Sequence record: MZ358387 | Source: Shigella virus Moo19 | DNA length: 64,000 nucleotides | Reading direction: 5' to 3' (one strand) | Part shown: one piece after another, positions 32,115 through 41,800 of the stretch | Numbering within the stretch: the stretch's first letter is position 1 | How the letters are laid out: every line of letters begins with the position of its first letter | Position numbers and translations under genes: made by a program | Notes under the pieces: model-generated | What the model was told of the DNA's origin: nothing | Database searches by the model: none | The model's input: the letters and a program-made list of their open reading frames with translations, nothing else

Positions 32115-34267
32115 GTATCGACCTTACTGGTATAAGCCACCATCCTGCAATTGAAGAAATTGTGGATGTGTTGTGTAACAAGACACAAAATAACGACCGG
32201 GGGTTCTTCCGTGTCGAAGTAGCTTACTTCCTGGCTAAAATGGCATCCTGTATGGGTGCAACCATCGTCACTAAAGACCGTGGTGACCTGCCAGTAAACA
32301 TCTATGCTATGGCGTTAGCTACGTCTGGCTTCGGTAAAGGTCACTCGGTAAATATCATTGAAGATGGGTTCATGTCTGGATTCCGTAAACGTTTTATGGA
32401 AGACACCATGCCCGTCATCTCTAACGACCGTCTATGGCGTATTGCCAATGACCGTTCTGCAAGGAATGGTACTGACCAACAGGAAGAGTTTGATAAAGTT
32501 GAAGCTGAGTATAAACGTGCTGGTGCATATCCATTTACGTTTGACTCAGGTACTCCACCAGCAGTTAAGCAATTACGCCATAAACTGTTAATGGCTGGCT
32601 GTGGTTCTATCAACCTACAGATTGACGAAATTGGTTCCAACTTGTTAGCCAACGTCGATGTGCTGAATCTGTTCCTGGAGTTATATGACCAGGGTAAGGT
32701 TAAGCAGAAGCTGACCAAGAACACTGCCGAGAGCCAGCGAGGTGAGGAACTGGACGGTAAGACTCCAACTAATCTGCTGCTTTTTGGTACGCCAAGTAAA
32801 CTGCTGGATGGTGGTCAGACCGAAGACCAGTACTATGACTTCCTGGACACTGGTTACGCACGTCGTTGTATCTTTGCTATCGGTCAAGTTGACCGTAAAG
32901 CCTATAACACAATGACTCCTGAAGAAATCTACCATAACCTGACTAAGCAGGATAATACGGCATCGTTAAGTAAGTGGGCTAATAAGTTTCACGACTTAGC
33001 TGACCCAAATTTATTCGGCTTTAAGATGGTAGTAGAAGACGATGTAGGTATTGCCCTGATTGCTTATAAAATTGACTGTGAAAGACAAGCTGAAGCTATG
33101 GCTGACCACGAAGAAATTCGTAAAGCTGAAATCTCTCACCGTTACTTTAAAGCACTCAAACTGGCTGGTGCATTGGCCTTTGTTGACCAAAGTTCATTTA
33201 TTGAAATGGGTCACTTACAGCAAGCCATTCTGTTAGTAGAAGAGTCTGGTGCAGCATTCCAAACAATTCTGAATCGTGAGAAAGCTTACGTTAAGCTGGC
33301 TCGTTACATTGCCTCTGTAGGCAAGGAAGTAACTCACGCAGATTTGCTGGAGTCATTGCCATTCTATAAGAGTGGTAATGCAGCTCGTAATGAGATGATG
33401 ACCCTTGCTACTGCATGGGGCTACAAACAGCACATTATTATTAAGAAGACCTTCAACGAAGGAATTGAGTTCTTCCGTGGGGAAACTCTGAAAGAAACCA
33501 ATACTGATGAAATGGTAATCGCCTACAGTGATAACTTTGCTTATAACTACATTGGCGAAAAAGTACCATTCGACCAGCTTCATGTGCTGACCCAGCATGA
33601 GGGTATGCACTGGATTAACCACCACGTTAAGAACGGTCATCGTTCTGAAGAAAACGTTATCGCTGGCTTTAACATGATTGTTATTGACTGTGATGGTGGC
33701 ATTCCACTGAATACGTGCCATGAACTGATGAAAGATTATAAGTTCATGACGTATACCACCAAACGTCACACAGATGACGAAAACCGTTTCCGTCTCATTC
33801 TGCCAATGAACTACCAACTCGAACTGGACACAGAAGAGTACAAGGAGTTCATGAATAACGTTATGGCCTGGCTCCCGTTTGATACGGATGAATCAGCCAA
33901 CCAACGTGCTAAGAAATGGATGTCTTGTGAGACAGGAACGTATCACTACAACCTTGAAGCTCCACTTCTGGATGTACGTGATTTCATTCCTCGAACCAGT
34001 AAGAACGAGCAATTCCGTCAGCATATGCAACAGGTTCAATCATTGGATAACCTGGAACGTTGGTTTGCTGGGCGTATTGCCTCTGGCAACCGTAACAACC
34101 AGATGATTAAGTATGCCCTGGCTCTCGTAGACAGTGGCTGGGACTTTAATCAGGTTCATAAGTCAGTGATGGAATTTAACAAGAAATTGTCTAATCCATT
34201 GCCAGACGATGAACTTAACTCAACTGTTATGGTCACTGTAGCGAAGAAATTCGCAGGCAGTAAGTAA
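32111..34267 (+). CDS. Putative DNA primase / replication protein
   Basis: Size and position in replication module; possible primase-like acidic motif IVIDCDGG; weak. Confidence 0.4.
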   Translation: MSIDLTGISHHPAIEEIVDVLCNKTQNNDRGFFRVEVAYFLAKMASCMGATIVTKDRGDLPVNIYAMALATSGFGKGHSVNIIEDGFMSGFRKRFMEDTMPVISNDRLWRIANDRSARNGTDQQEEFDKVEAEYKRAGAYPFTFDSGTPPAVKQLRHKLLMAGCGSINLQIDEIGSNLLANVDVLNLFLELYDQGKVKQKLTKNTAESQRGEELDGKTPTNLLLFGTPSKLLDGGQTEDQYYDFLDTGYARRCIFAIGQVDRKAYNTMTPEEIYHNLTKQDNTASLSKWANKFHDLADPNLFGFKMVVEDDVGIALIAYKIDCERQAEAMADHEEIRKAEISHRYFKALKLAGALAFVDQSSFIEMGHLQQAILLVEESGAAFQTILNREKAYVKLARYIASVGKEVTHADLLESLPFYKSGNAARNEMMTLATAWGYKQHIIIKKTFNEGIEFFRGETLKETNTDEMVIAYSDNFAYNYIGEKVPFDQLHVLTQHEGMHWINHHVKNGHRSEENVIAGFNMIVIDCDGGIPLNTCHELMKDYKFMTYTTKRHTDDENRFRLILPMNYQLELDTEEYKEFMNNVMAWLPFDTDESANQRAKKWMSCETGTYHYNLEAPLLDVRDFIPRTSKNEQFRQHMQQVQSLDNLERWFAGRIASGNRNNQMIKYALALVDSGWDFNQVHKSVMEFNKKLSNPLPDDELNSTVMVTVAKKFAGSK

Positions 34268-34273
34268 GAAACC

Positions 34274-34303
34274 GGGAGTCTTTCTTTGGTTTGAAGGACT
34301 CCC
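34274..34303. promoter_or_regulatory. Inverted repeat gggagtc ... gactccc with 16-nt loop, intergenic
   Basis: Read directly; no T tract. Confidence 0.3.
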
Positions 34304-34322
34304 AATTAACCGAGGAAAAGTA

Positions 34323-35078
34323 ATGTCCGAAGAATTAGTCGCCAATGACATGAACACACAATTGATTCTGATTGCTGGGTTCTCTGCGAGTGGTAAATCA
34401 GCGTCACTCCGTAACTTACGGAACCAAGAACGCTGGTTGTATCTGAATACCGAAGCAGGTAAACGTCTGCCATTCCGTAACAAGTTTCAGTCCTACAACA
34501 TCGAAGACCCGTATCAAATCTGGGAAGCGTTCGATGCTGCATCACCTGGTGGTGATATGGCTAATGACATTGATGGCATCATCATTGACTCAGCCACATT
34601 TATGATGGATATGCTGGAATCCCAGTATGTACTTCCATCAGCAAACACCCAGAAAGCCTGGGGGGACTTTGCTCAGTTCTTCAAAATTCTGCTTCAGCAG
34701 AAGGTTGTTAAGTTTGGTAAGCCAGTGATTATCACGGCTCATGCCAAAGACGAACTGGACGAAGCAGCAGGTATCATGAAGACGTTCATTCCAGTGAAAG
34801 GTTCGCTGAAGAATAACGGCCTGGAAGCATACTTCTCAACTGTCGTTTACGCAGAGCGTGTAGACATTAAGGAACTAGAGAAGTATGGCAATAAGATGCT
34901 GGAGATTACGGAAGAAGAACGTGACTTAGGTTATAAACACGTATTCCAGACTCGCCCGACTAAGAAATCTGTCGGTAAGCGTCTTCGTTCACCAATGGGT
35001 ATGTTCGAGAAGTCAGAGACTTATATCGATAACGATGCCCAGAAACTGCTCGACCACCTGGCTGAATACTACGCTTAA
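34323..35078 (+). CDS. RecA-fold P-loop ATPase (Sak4/AAA_24-like)
   Basis: Walker A GFSASGKS; acidic DSAT motif; position next to SSB. Confidence 0.45.
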   Translation: MSEELVANDMNTQLILIAGFSASGKSASLRNLRNQERWLYLNTEAGKRLPFRNKFQSYNIEDPYQIWEAFDAASPGGDMANDIDGIIIDSATFMMDMLESQYVLPSANTQKAWGDFAQFFKILLQQKVVKFGKPVIITAHAKDELDEAAGIMKTFIPVKGSLKNNGLEAYFSTVVYAERVDIKELEKYGNKMLEITEEERDLGYKHVFQTRPTKKSVGKRLRSPMGMFEKSETYIDNDAQKLLDHLAEYYA

Positions 35079-35117
35079 GCGTTTGCCTGGTTGTTAATAA
35101 CTTATTAGGAAAATCAC

Positions 35118-35909
35118 ATGTCAAATCTGTTTGGTAATCTGAAAGACAAAACCAAAAACGCTGAAGCTACTAAAGACTCCCTGGGTGGTGGCTTCGGTGC
35201 TAAAGAAACTGACATCTACACTGGTGTTGTGAAAGTTGCCTACGTAGGCAAAGCTGACTCCGGTGCTGACTGGATGCAGCTTATCATCGAAGAACTGAAG
35301 AACTCTGACGGTGCACCTGCTGGTGAATACCGTGAGCAAGTCTACTTCACTTCCGGTAAAGAAAAAGGCAACAAGCCTACTTACGAGAAGAACGGTAAGG
35401 AATACTTCCTGCCTGGTTACACCACCATCAACGATATGATGTTGATGACTACTGGCAAAGAACTGTTCGAAGCTGACTTCGAAGAGAAGATTGTCAAAGT
35501 GTATGACTTCGACCAGCAAGCCGAAGTTAACAAGTCTGTCATGGTTCCAGTCGAAATGATTGGTCAGCCAATCACCATTGCGATTGAAAAAGTTCTGGAG
35601 AACAAACAGTCCAAAGGTGACGACGGTAAGTACTACGACAACGGTGAAACCCGTGAAGTAAACAACATCCAGAAAGTGTTCCACCCGGAACTGTTGGTTA
35701 CTGTTGTTGAAGCTCGTGAAGCCGAAAAAGCAGAGAAAGACCTGACGCCTGAACTGGCTCAGTTCCATGCTGCATGGCTGGATAAGAACAAAGGTAAAAC
35801 CCGTGATAAAACCAGCAAGACTGGTGGCAAAGCGGGTACTCCACCTAAACCAGGTTCTACTGGTGGTTCTGCTCCGGCTGGTGGTAAGTCTCTGTTCGGT
35901 AAGAAATAA
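35118..35909 (+). CDS. Putative single-stranded DNA-binding protein (N4 SSB-like)
   Basis: 263 aa; Gly/Lys-rich flexible C-terminus; synteny with replication and recombination genes. Confidence 0.5.
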   Translation: MSNLFGNLKDKTKNAEATKDSLGGGFGAKETDIYTGVVKVAYVGKADSGADWMQLIIEELKNSDGAPAGEYREQVYFTSGKEKGNKPTYEKNGKEYFLPGYTTINDMMLMTTGKELFEADFEEKIVKVYDFDQQAEVNKSVMVPVEMIGQPITIAIEKVLENKQSKGDDGKYYDNGETREVNNIQKVFHPELLVTVVEAREAEKAEKDLTPELAQFHAAWLDKNKGKTRDKTSKTGGKAGTPPKPGSTGGSAPAGGKSLFGKK

Positions 35910-36469
35910 TGCAAATCCCAATTCTCGGAGCAGACATCTCTCTTCGGAATTGGGGATTAGCAAGGGGTATGCTGGACATTGAGTCCGGCGTGTTTGAGAA
36001 GGTAGAACTCAAACTGGTTCAGACTGAAGTTGACCACAACAAGCAAGTCCGAACCAACTCCAAAGACATTCAAGCTGCCCATGATATCTTCATTGGCGTT
36101 AAGGACTGGTTCATTGAAGACAAGCCCAAAGCTGTATTCATTGAAGTGCCTGTAGGCTCTCAGTCTGCTAATGGCATGAAGTCATATGGCTTGTGTGTCG
36201 GACTCGTTGGGGCATTCCGTGCATTGGGATGCCCCGTCTTCGAGGTATCCCCTACCGAAAACAAAATTGCACTGGCTGGTAATAAAACAGCCTCCAAAGA
36301 CGTAATGATACGTACTGCCTACGAAATCTATCCTGAAGCTAACTGGCTCAAGGATAGTAAGGGTAAGTTGCTCAATAAGAATGAGCACTTAGCTGATGCA
36401 ATCGGTGCAATCCATGCTGGTGTAAATCTGCCAGCGTTTCAAAACTTACTGAAAATGTTAAAGGCTTAA
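35909..36469 (+). CDS. RuvC-like Holliday junction resolvase
   Basis: N-terminal ILGADIS...GLA and C-terminal EHLADAIGAIHAG resemble RuvC catalytic motifs. Confidence 0.55.
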   Translation: MQIPILGADISLRNWGLARGMLDIESGVFEKVELKLVQTEVDHNKQVRTNSKDIQAAHDIFIGVKDWFIEDKPKAVFIEVPVGSQSANGMKSYGLCVGLVGAFRALGCPVFEVSPTENKIALAGNKTASKDVMIRTAYEIYPEANWLKDSKGKLLNKNEHLADAIGAIHAGVNLPAFQNLLKMLKA

Positions 36470-36470
36470 C

Positions 36471-36968
36471 ATGCAAATCACACTGAACCAAGAAGAAGTA
36501 CAGGCTGCGTTGCAGGCTCACGTTGACACACTTGTTAACGTAGCAGGTGATGCTCATATCACCGTCAACGAAGATGGTACTGCCCTGGTTATTATCGGGG
36601 AGGAACATCATGAAGATACTCCACCCGTGGTAGATAAGCCAAAACGTACCCGTGGTCCGAACAAACGCAACCCTGCTGAAGCTAAGCATGTTCCTGTAGA
36701 AGCAAAAAAGGAACTGGAACAGCCTGCCGAAACCCAGACCTCGACTGGTGGTCAGAACGAGAGTTCTACGCAGGAAGCTAAAGAATCCGAGCAGGAAAAG
36801 GATACTGAATCAACCGAGCAACTGAAAGAAGAAGCTACCGAGCAAGCTGAAGAAGCAGCATCGAAAGGGGCTTCTCAGGAAGCTGAAGTAAAACAGGAAG
36901 TTCAGGAAGAGAAGGCTGCTGAAGCTCCGGCTGCAAAACCTTCCCTGTTTGCTAACCTGAAACGTTAA
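36471..36968 (+). CDS. Acidic low-complexity protein (E/Q/T/S-rich)
   Basis: ORF track; composition. Confidence 0.45.
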   Translation: MQITLNQEEVQAALQAHVDTLVNVAGDAHITVNEDGTALVIIGEEHHEDTPPVVDKPKRTRGPNKRNPAEAKHVPVEAKKELEQPAETQTSTGGQNESSTQEAKESEQEKDTESTEQLKEEATEQAEEAASKGASQEAEVKQEVQEEKAAEAPAAKPSLFANLKR

Positions 36969-36976
36969 TCTGGTAG

Positions 36977-37138
36977 GTGGCTCAGAAGCTGCTGCTATTT
37001 GTGGTAGTGTTCATAATTCTGATGCTATTGCTTATCAGGATTCTGGACGTGTCGGCTCCATACATAGCCTTTATCATCACTGTGATTATCCTCTGGAAAT
37101 GCAGTGAAAAGTCCGGTGGTGACAAGCCGCCAGATTAA
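36977..37138 (+). CDS. Possible small hydrophobic protein (53 aa, GTG start)
   Basis: Hand-translated; two hydrophobic segments; weak RBS; overlaps next ORF; speculative. Confidence 0.2.
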   Translation: MAQKLLLFVVVFIILMLLLIRILDVSAPYIAFIITVIILWKCSEKSGGDKPPD

Positions 37139-37445
37139 TAACAACCGAACCAGTGTGCAGGAATACTCTCCCCTGTGCATTGGTTCAACTCGGATAAGTA
37201 ATATGACTGTTCATCCTATGGAAGAGTACATTGATGCTCTTGTTACCTGTGAAATTGCCATGTTGATGGCCATCAAACACAAGGAGAATCCGAATGTTTC
37301 TGTAGCTTTGTGTGCTGCAAGGCAGTCACTTAAGTGCACTAACAGAATGAACAGGGATTTGTTTCGTGAAGTCAGTAAATCTGAATTACCTGCTGTAATG
37401 GTCTATAGTTTCAGGACTATGCTGGATGAAGCAATTAGTAAATAG
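37104..37445 (+). CDS. Hypothetical protein (start uncertain)
   Basis: ORF track. Confidence 0.3.
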   Translation: MKSPVVTSRQINNNRTSVQEYSPLCIGSTRISNMTVHPMEEYIDALVTCEIAMLMAIKHKENPNVSVALCAARQSLKCTNRMNRDLFREVSKSELPAVMVYSFRTMLDEAISK

Positions 37446-37484
37446 TTGCACAAGCAGATAAGTTTGTAGTATAAAGATTTCCAC

Positions 37485-37566
37485 GGGGGAGTAGTCAAGC
37501 GGTCGAAGACGGCAGACTGTAAATCTGTTATCCCACACGGTAGTTCGAATCTACCCTCCCCCACCA
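37485..37566 (+). tRNA. tRNA-Tyr (anticodon GTA), 10-nt variable region, CCA encoded
   Basis: Hand-folded cloverleaf: acceptor GGGGGAG/CTCCCCC, T-loop TTCGAAT, anticodon loop CTGTAAA. Confidence 0.65.
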
Positions 37567-37567
37567 C

Positions 37568-37642
37568 GGTAAGTTAGCTAATTGGTGAAGCGGCTGACTG
37601 TTAATCAGTGATAGAGTGGTTCGAGTCCACTACTTACCGCCA
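37568..37642 (+). tRNA. tRNA-Asn (anticodon GTT), CCA encoded
   Basis: Hand-folded: acceptor GGTAAGT/ACTTACC, T-loop TTCGAGT, anticodon loop CTGTTAA. Confidence 0.7.
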
Positions 37643-37647
37643 CATTA

Positions 37648-37724
37648 CGGAGTTTAGCTCAGTCTGGTAGAGCATCTGCTTTGGGAGCAGAGGGTCGTAG
37701 GTTCGAGTCCTGCAATTCCGACCA
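37648..37724 (+). tRNA. tRNA-Pro (anticodon TGG), CCA encoded
   Basis: Hand-folded: acceptor CGGAGTT/AATTCCG, D-arm GCTCAGTCTGGTAGAGC, anticodon TGG. Confidence 0.7.
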
Positions 37725-37730
37725 AACAAT

Positions 37731-37806
37731 TAGGGGTTAGTTCAGTTGGTAGAACATCGGACTTTGATTCCGAATGTCACAGGTTCGAATCCTGTACCCC
37801 TTGCCA
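37731..37806 (+). tRNA. tRNA-Gln (anticodon TTG), CCA encoded; position 1-72 is T-T (unpaired)
   Basis: Hand-folded: D-arm GTTCAGTTGGTAGAAC, anticodon loop CTTTGAT, T-loop TTCGAAT. Confidence 0.6.
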
Positions 37807-37808
37807 AA

Positions 37809-37884
37809 TGCTTCATAGCTTAGTAGGTAGAGCACACCCCTGATAAGGGTGAGGTCATTGGTTCAAATCCAATAACGGACGCCC
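37809..37884 (+). pseudogene. tRNA-Ile(GAT)-like element with non-complementary acceptor stem (possible pseudo-tRNA)
   Basis: D-arm, anticodon arm (CACCC-CTGATAA-GGGTG) and T-arm are canonical, but 5' TGCTTCA cannot pair with 3' AACGGAC. Confidence 0.4.
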
Positions 37885-38112
37885 AATTTGGCAGTAACAT
37901 AGTCCTGATTGTATAGCACTCTAAAGACAACACTGGTAAGACAGTCCAGTGGCTGCTAATATATTGTTATTCCCCTCGACGGGAATTTCGCTGGAGAATA
38001 GGAACTCCTTAAATCCTAGCCCTGATGAAGTAGTGGACTATCAATCCATCCTCGCTCTAGTGATGAGTACTACTGAATCTGCAAGCCTCCCAGCTATGGG
38101 TAAATAGTACTA

Positions 38113-38148
38113 AGCCCCTCAGAGCCGTCACTCTGGGGGGCTTTTTTA
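38113..38148 (+). terminator. Rho-independent terminator (11-bp stem gcccctcagag/ctctggggggc + T6)
   Basis: Read directly; ends tRNA-region transcript. Confidence 0.7.
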
Positions 38149-38176
38149 TTCGAACAATACAAACACTGAGGAACCT

Positions 38177-38599
38177 ATGGAACTCGAACAAAAGATTAAA
38201 GAAGCTGGTGCTGATAAAGCTCCACGTATTACCCCTGACCATATCCAGAGCAAAGTAATTGCTAAGCACTTCTTCACAGCATTAGATGGTGCATCCACTC
38301 AGATGCGTAGCGAAGATAAGTTCTCGAACCAGGAAGTACAGTCACTGTCTCTACTGACTTTCTGTGTACTGGTTCTGGAGAATGGCTTTACTGTTACTGG
38401 TGAGTCTGCCTGTGCATCCCCGGAAAATTTCAATGAGGAAATTGGACGTAAGATTGCCTATGACAATGCAATCGATAAAGTCTGGTTGCTGGAAGGTTAC
38501 CTGCTTAAGCAGAATCTCCATGAGCAAGCTCAGAGCCAGGAAATGCTGAAGGGTTTTCTGGAAAACAATGAATGTGAGGGTGGGGGCTGTAAAATATAA
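38177..38599 (+). CDS. Conserved phage protein (N4 gp49 / Phage_gp49_66-like)
   Basis: Motif NGFTVTGESACASPENFNEEIGRKIAYDNA recalled as characteristic of this family; immediately precedes vRNAP gene as in N4. Confidence 0.45.
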   Translation: MELEQKIKEAGADKAPRITPDHIQSKVIAKHFFTALDGASTQMRSEDKFSNQEVQSLSLLTFCVLVLENGFTVTGESACASPENFNEEIGRKIAYDNAIDKVWLLEGYLLKQNLHEQAQSQEMLKGFLENNECEGGGCKI

Positions 38600-38835
38600 T
38601 GTCGTTAACTGAAATCATCCGAAATTCTATTATCGAAACGGATACCCGTGGCAAAGCCTTTGACTTTATTCAACGCGAAGCAGGTGTACCCCGTATCGTA
38701 GCTAAGAGACTACTGTTCTCTTTCCTCTGGTTCCCTACTGAGGAAACACTCCAGAAGATTAAAGATAGTGGTGGTGATGATTTACCTGCCGATATCAAAA
38801 GCAACCTGGAAAGTGCAGTAGCAGCAAAGCTGTAA
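38599..38835 (+). CDS. Hypothetical protein (78 aa)
   Basis: ORF track. Confidence 0.4.
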   Translation: MSLTEIIRNSIIETDTRGKAFDFIQREAGVPRIVAKRLLFSFLWFPTEETLQKIKDSGGDDLPADIKSNLESAVAAKL

Positions 38836-38840
38836 AAATT

Positions 38841-38872
38841 AAAGCCCCTCTAATGAGGGGCTTTTTTATTTT
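38841..38872. terminator. Bidirectional terminator (aaagcccctc-taat-gaggggctt flanked by A-run and T-run) between convergent + and - transcription units
   Basis: Read directly; T/A tracts on both sides. Confidence 0.7.
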
Positions 38873-41800
38873 AGTTTACCAGATTCATCCAAGGGTTGAG
38901 GTTATGAGCACGTAAGCCCTGACCCAATCCGATAGAGTAATCCAGTCTACCATCAGCAGCAGCCGAGAACAGGTTATCCTGTAATGGCAGACCAACGTTA
39001 CCAAACATGGTAGGAGTTGGAGCCAGCATAGCCATAGCTGCATGAACAGGGTTATTACGAATCATGGACACTGCAACTTTAGTAGAACGAATCTTAAAGT
39101 TATAGAACCACATCAGACCCATGCTTTCCATGTAACCACGGAAACGACCCGGCAGACGGTCATAGTTAATGAACTCTTCGGTAACACGACCCAGAGCTTC
39201 TTCCTTACTCTTACCTTTACGCTTAGTCAGTTCATCATAGATGATTGCTTTAGCAATAAAGTCAGAGTACTCAACCGTCTTCTGGATACCCTGGAACAGA
39301 GCAGTATCCTTAGTGATAAGTGCATAACGACCAGCAGTTTGCAGCTTCTTAGGCAGCTTATCTGCTAAACGCTGCATGTACTCCTGTACCTTACCATCCG
39401 GGATTAACAGGTCATCACGAGAGATACCAGCATCAGCAATAGAAGAGAACTCACCAGCTTCCAGCAAAGGCCAGATACTCATACGCTTATAGCTATCATT
39501 GATGGACTGAATCTCAGCTTTCAGTTTACGAGCCTGGTTCGGATTAGTAGTTGCACGAAGTTCTGCTTCAGCATCAACCTGGCGAAGACGAGACTTCATA
39601 TACTGGTTAATCTCAGCAGTCTTCTGAGGGATACCTTTAGCAATATCCTTAACTGGAACACCACGGGCAACCATCTGATAGAGGTTAGCCAGGAAGTTCA
39701 CAGCAGGAACCACGAGAGACTTGACCACGATTAAGGTCTTAGCCTCACGTACAACCGTCTGAGTGATATTCTCACCCTGCATAAAGTATTTGTATGCACG
39801 GTTGCCAAATACGCCCAGCATTGCTTTCTTGAAGGTATCCAAAGTCTCAGGTGACCAACGAGAGTTACCAGTCCATACATCACCAACAGAAGCAGCACGA
39901 TAACCAAGTGCATCATTCAACATGTCACGACGTACCCACAGTTCACCATTACCAAACAGTGACTCAGCTTTCTGACGAGTTTCTGCATTCATCAGACGCA
40001 TAGCATCAGCAGTAACTGGGTCAAGTTTAGAACCAAGAAGGTTAATGTACTGGCTCTTATTGCTGGTAGAATCTGCCATGTCCTTCTCGTACATAGCGTG
40101 AAGATTTTCAATCAGAGCATCGTTAAACTTCTGGGCTTTAGCTTCTTCTACCTGACGACCTCGCCATACACCAATTGCTTTAGCAAGGTTATCCTCACCA
40201 GCAATGTGAGTCAGCATGTTAGGGTCAATAGAGTGCTCATAAGCAACCACACGACCATTGCCATCATAGATAGGCATCAGTGGTTCATTACCACGTTCAC
40301 CCTTCGCCAGAGCTTTGGTGATACGGTCAACGGAAGGCTTGTCAGTAATACGACCAGCAACCATTGTTCCCATTGTGAAGCCAGTACCAACATCCACACC
40401 ACCAGCAGTATTACGAACGTTCTGGAGAATACCCTGTGAGTATGGAGCACGAGCAGCAACCGGGCTGAAGTAGTAACCACGACTACGAGTACGTTCACCA
40501 GAGCTACCCTGATAACCAGCAATACGAGTGAATGACTTCTCACTCAGTTCGTTAAACTGGCTGTCTTCTGCAACAATCAGGTTAACACCCTGCTTAGTCT
40601 CAGAAGGAATGTAGCCTTTGTAGTGGTTCAAACGAGCACGGTCATCATTCTGTGCTTTACGTTTCTCTTCCACACGCTGGCCTACCAGATAGGAAGTGAC
40701 AAAGTCCATACCTTCGGTTTCAGTCTGAGCCAGGGAAGCTAATGCCTCACGGTCAGCCTGACTCATTGCTTCGATGGCATACAGAGTAATCAGCTTGTCT
40801 AAGGTGTCCACATCAACGGTAGATTTAACGCTGGTACGCTCACCTAACAGACGGGAGATTGCCTCAGCATTACGCAGCAGGTTGTTACCGACAGTACCAT
40901 TAATCATGTACTGAGCCAGTTGCTTAGACTTACGGTTAATCAAAGGCCAGTTACGTCCTGCCTGATTCTGGAGGTCAGCTTCCAGCTTATTAACCAGCTT
41001 ATCCATTTCTTTCTGTGAAGACAGCAGGTCACGAATTTCACCCAGACTCATGGTGTCACGCAGTACAGCAAGGTCAGTTTTACCCATACCAGTGTGCATA
41101 GCTTTCCACTCTGCATCAGTCAGCTTACGGCTGAACTTAGAAGCAATAGTGGTAGGCAGATGCTCACGGAATTGCTGACGGTCAGCCTGTACCTGAGAGC
41201 GAACAGCTTTAATCATGTCATAGACAGAAGCATTCGACTTAGTACGACCTACGATGTCATTAACCAGGTCATAGAAAGGTTGCCATGCTTTTCCCTGGTT
41301 CATTGCAGCCATAACACCCTGTGCAACTTTCTCACCGTTCTTCTCAGTAGCAATAGCAGCTACCAATTGAGCAGCATGAGCAGTTGCCTTAACCAGTGGG
41401 TTCTTAGCATTAGCAGCAACATCACGAGCAGTATCCAGTGTGGCATCAGCCAGACGTTCTACACCATCAACAATATATTGGTTAGCACGGTCAATCATAT
41501 TCCCAGTTGGGGTAGCAACAGAGTCATAGAAGGACTGAGCATTCAGGCTGGATTCCATAATAGTTTCTGCCAGAGCATCAATACCTTCCTGAACGTTAGT
41601 TGCTTTGGTATCACCAGCAACACGCTTGTTCAGGCTATCCATTGCAGCTACGCCAATGTTAGTCAGCATTGCATCAATAGTATTACCGGATGCTTTATCT
41701 GCTTTCATAACAGGCATGTCAGTCAGTACGTTACGTACCTCTTCGCTTACCATTGCCAGACCAACAAAGGTAGGCAGTAAGGAAGAACGACCCTGAGCAT

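Noticed and set aside
35121-35963. 280-aa - strand ORF antisense to the SSB-like gene
   Set aside because: The sense-strand gene has a strong RBS, fits the surrounding + strand operon and has SSB-like features; the antisense frame is hydrophobic/low complexity and has no RBS context.
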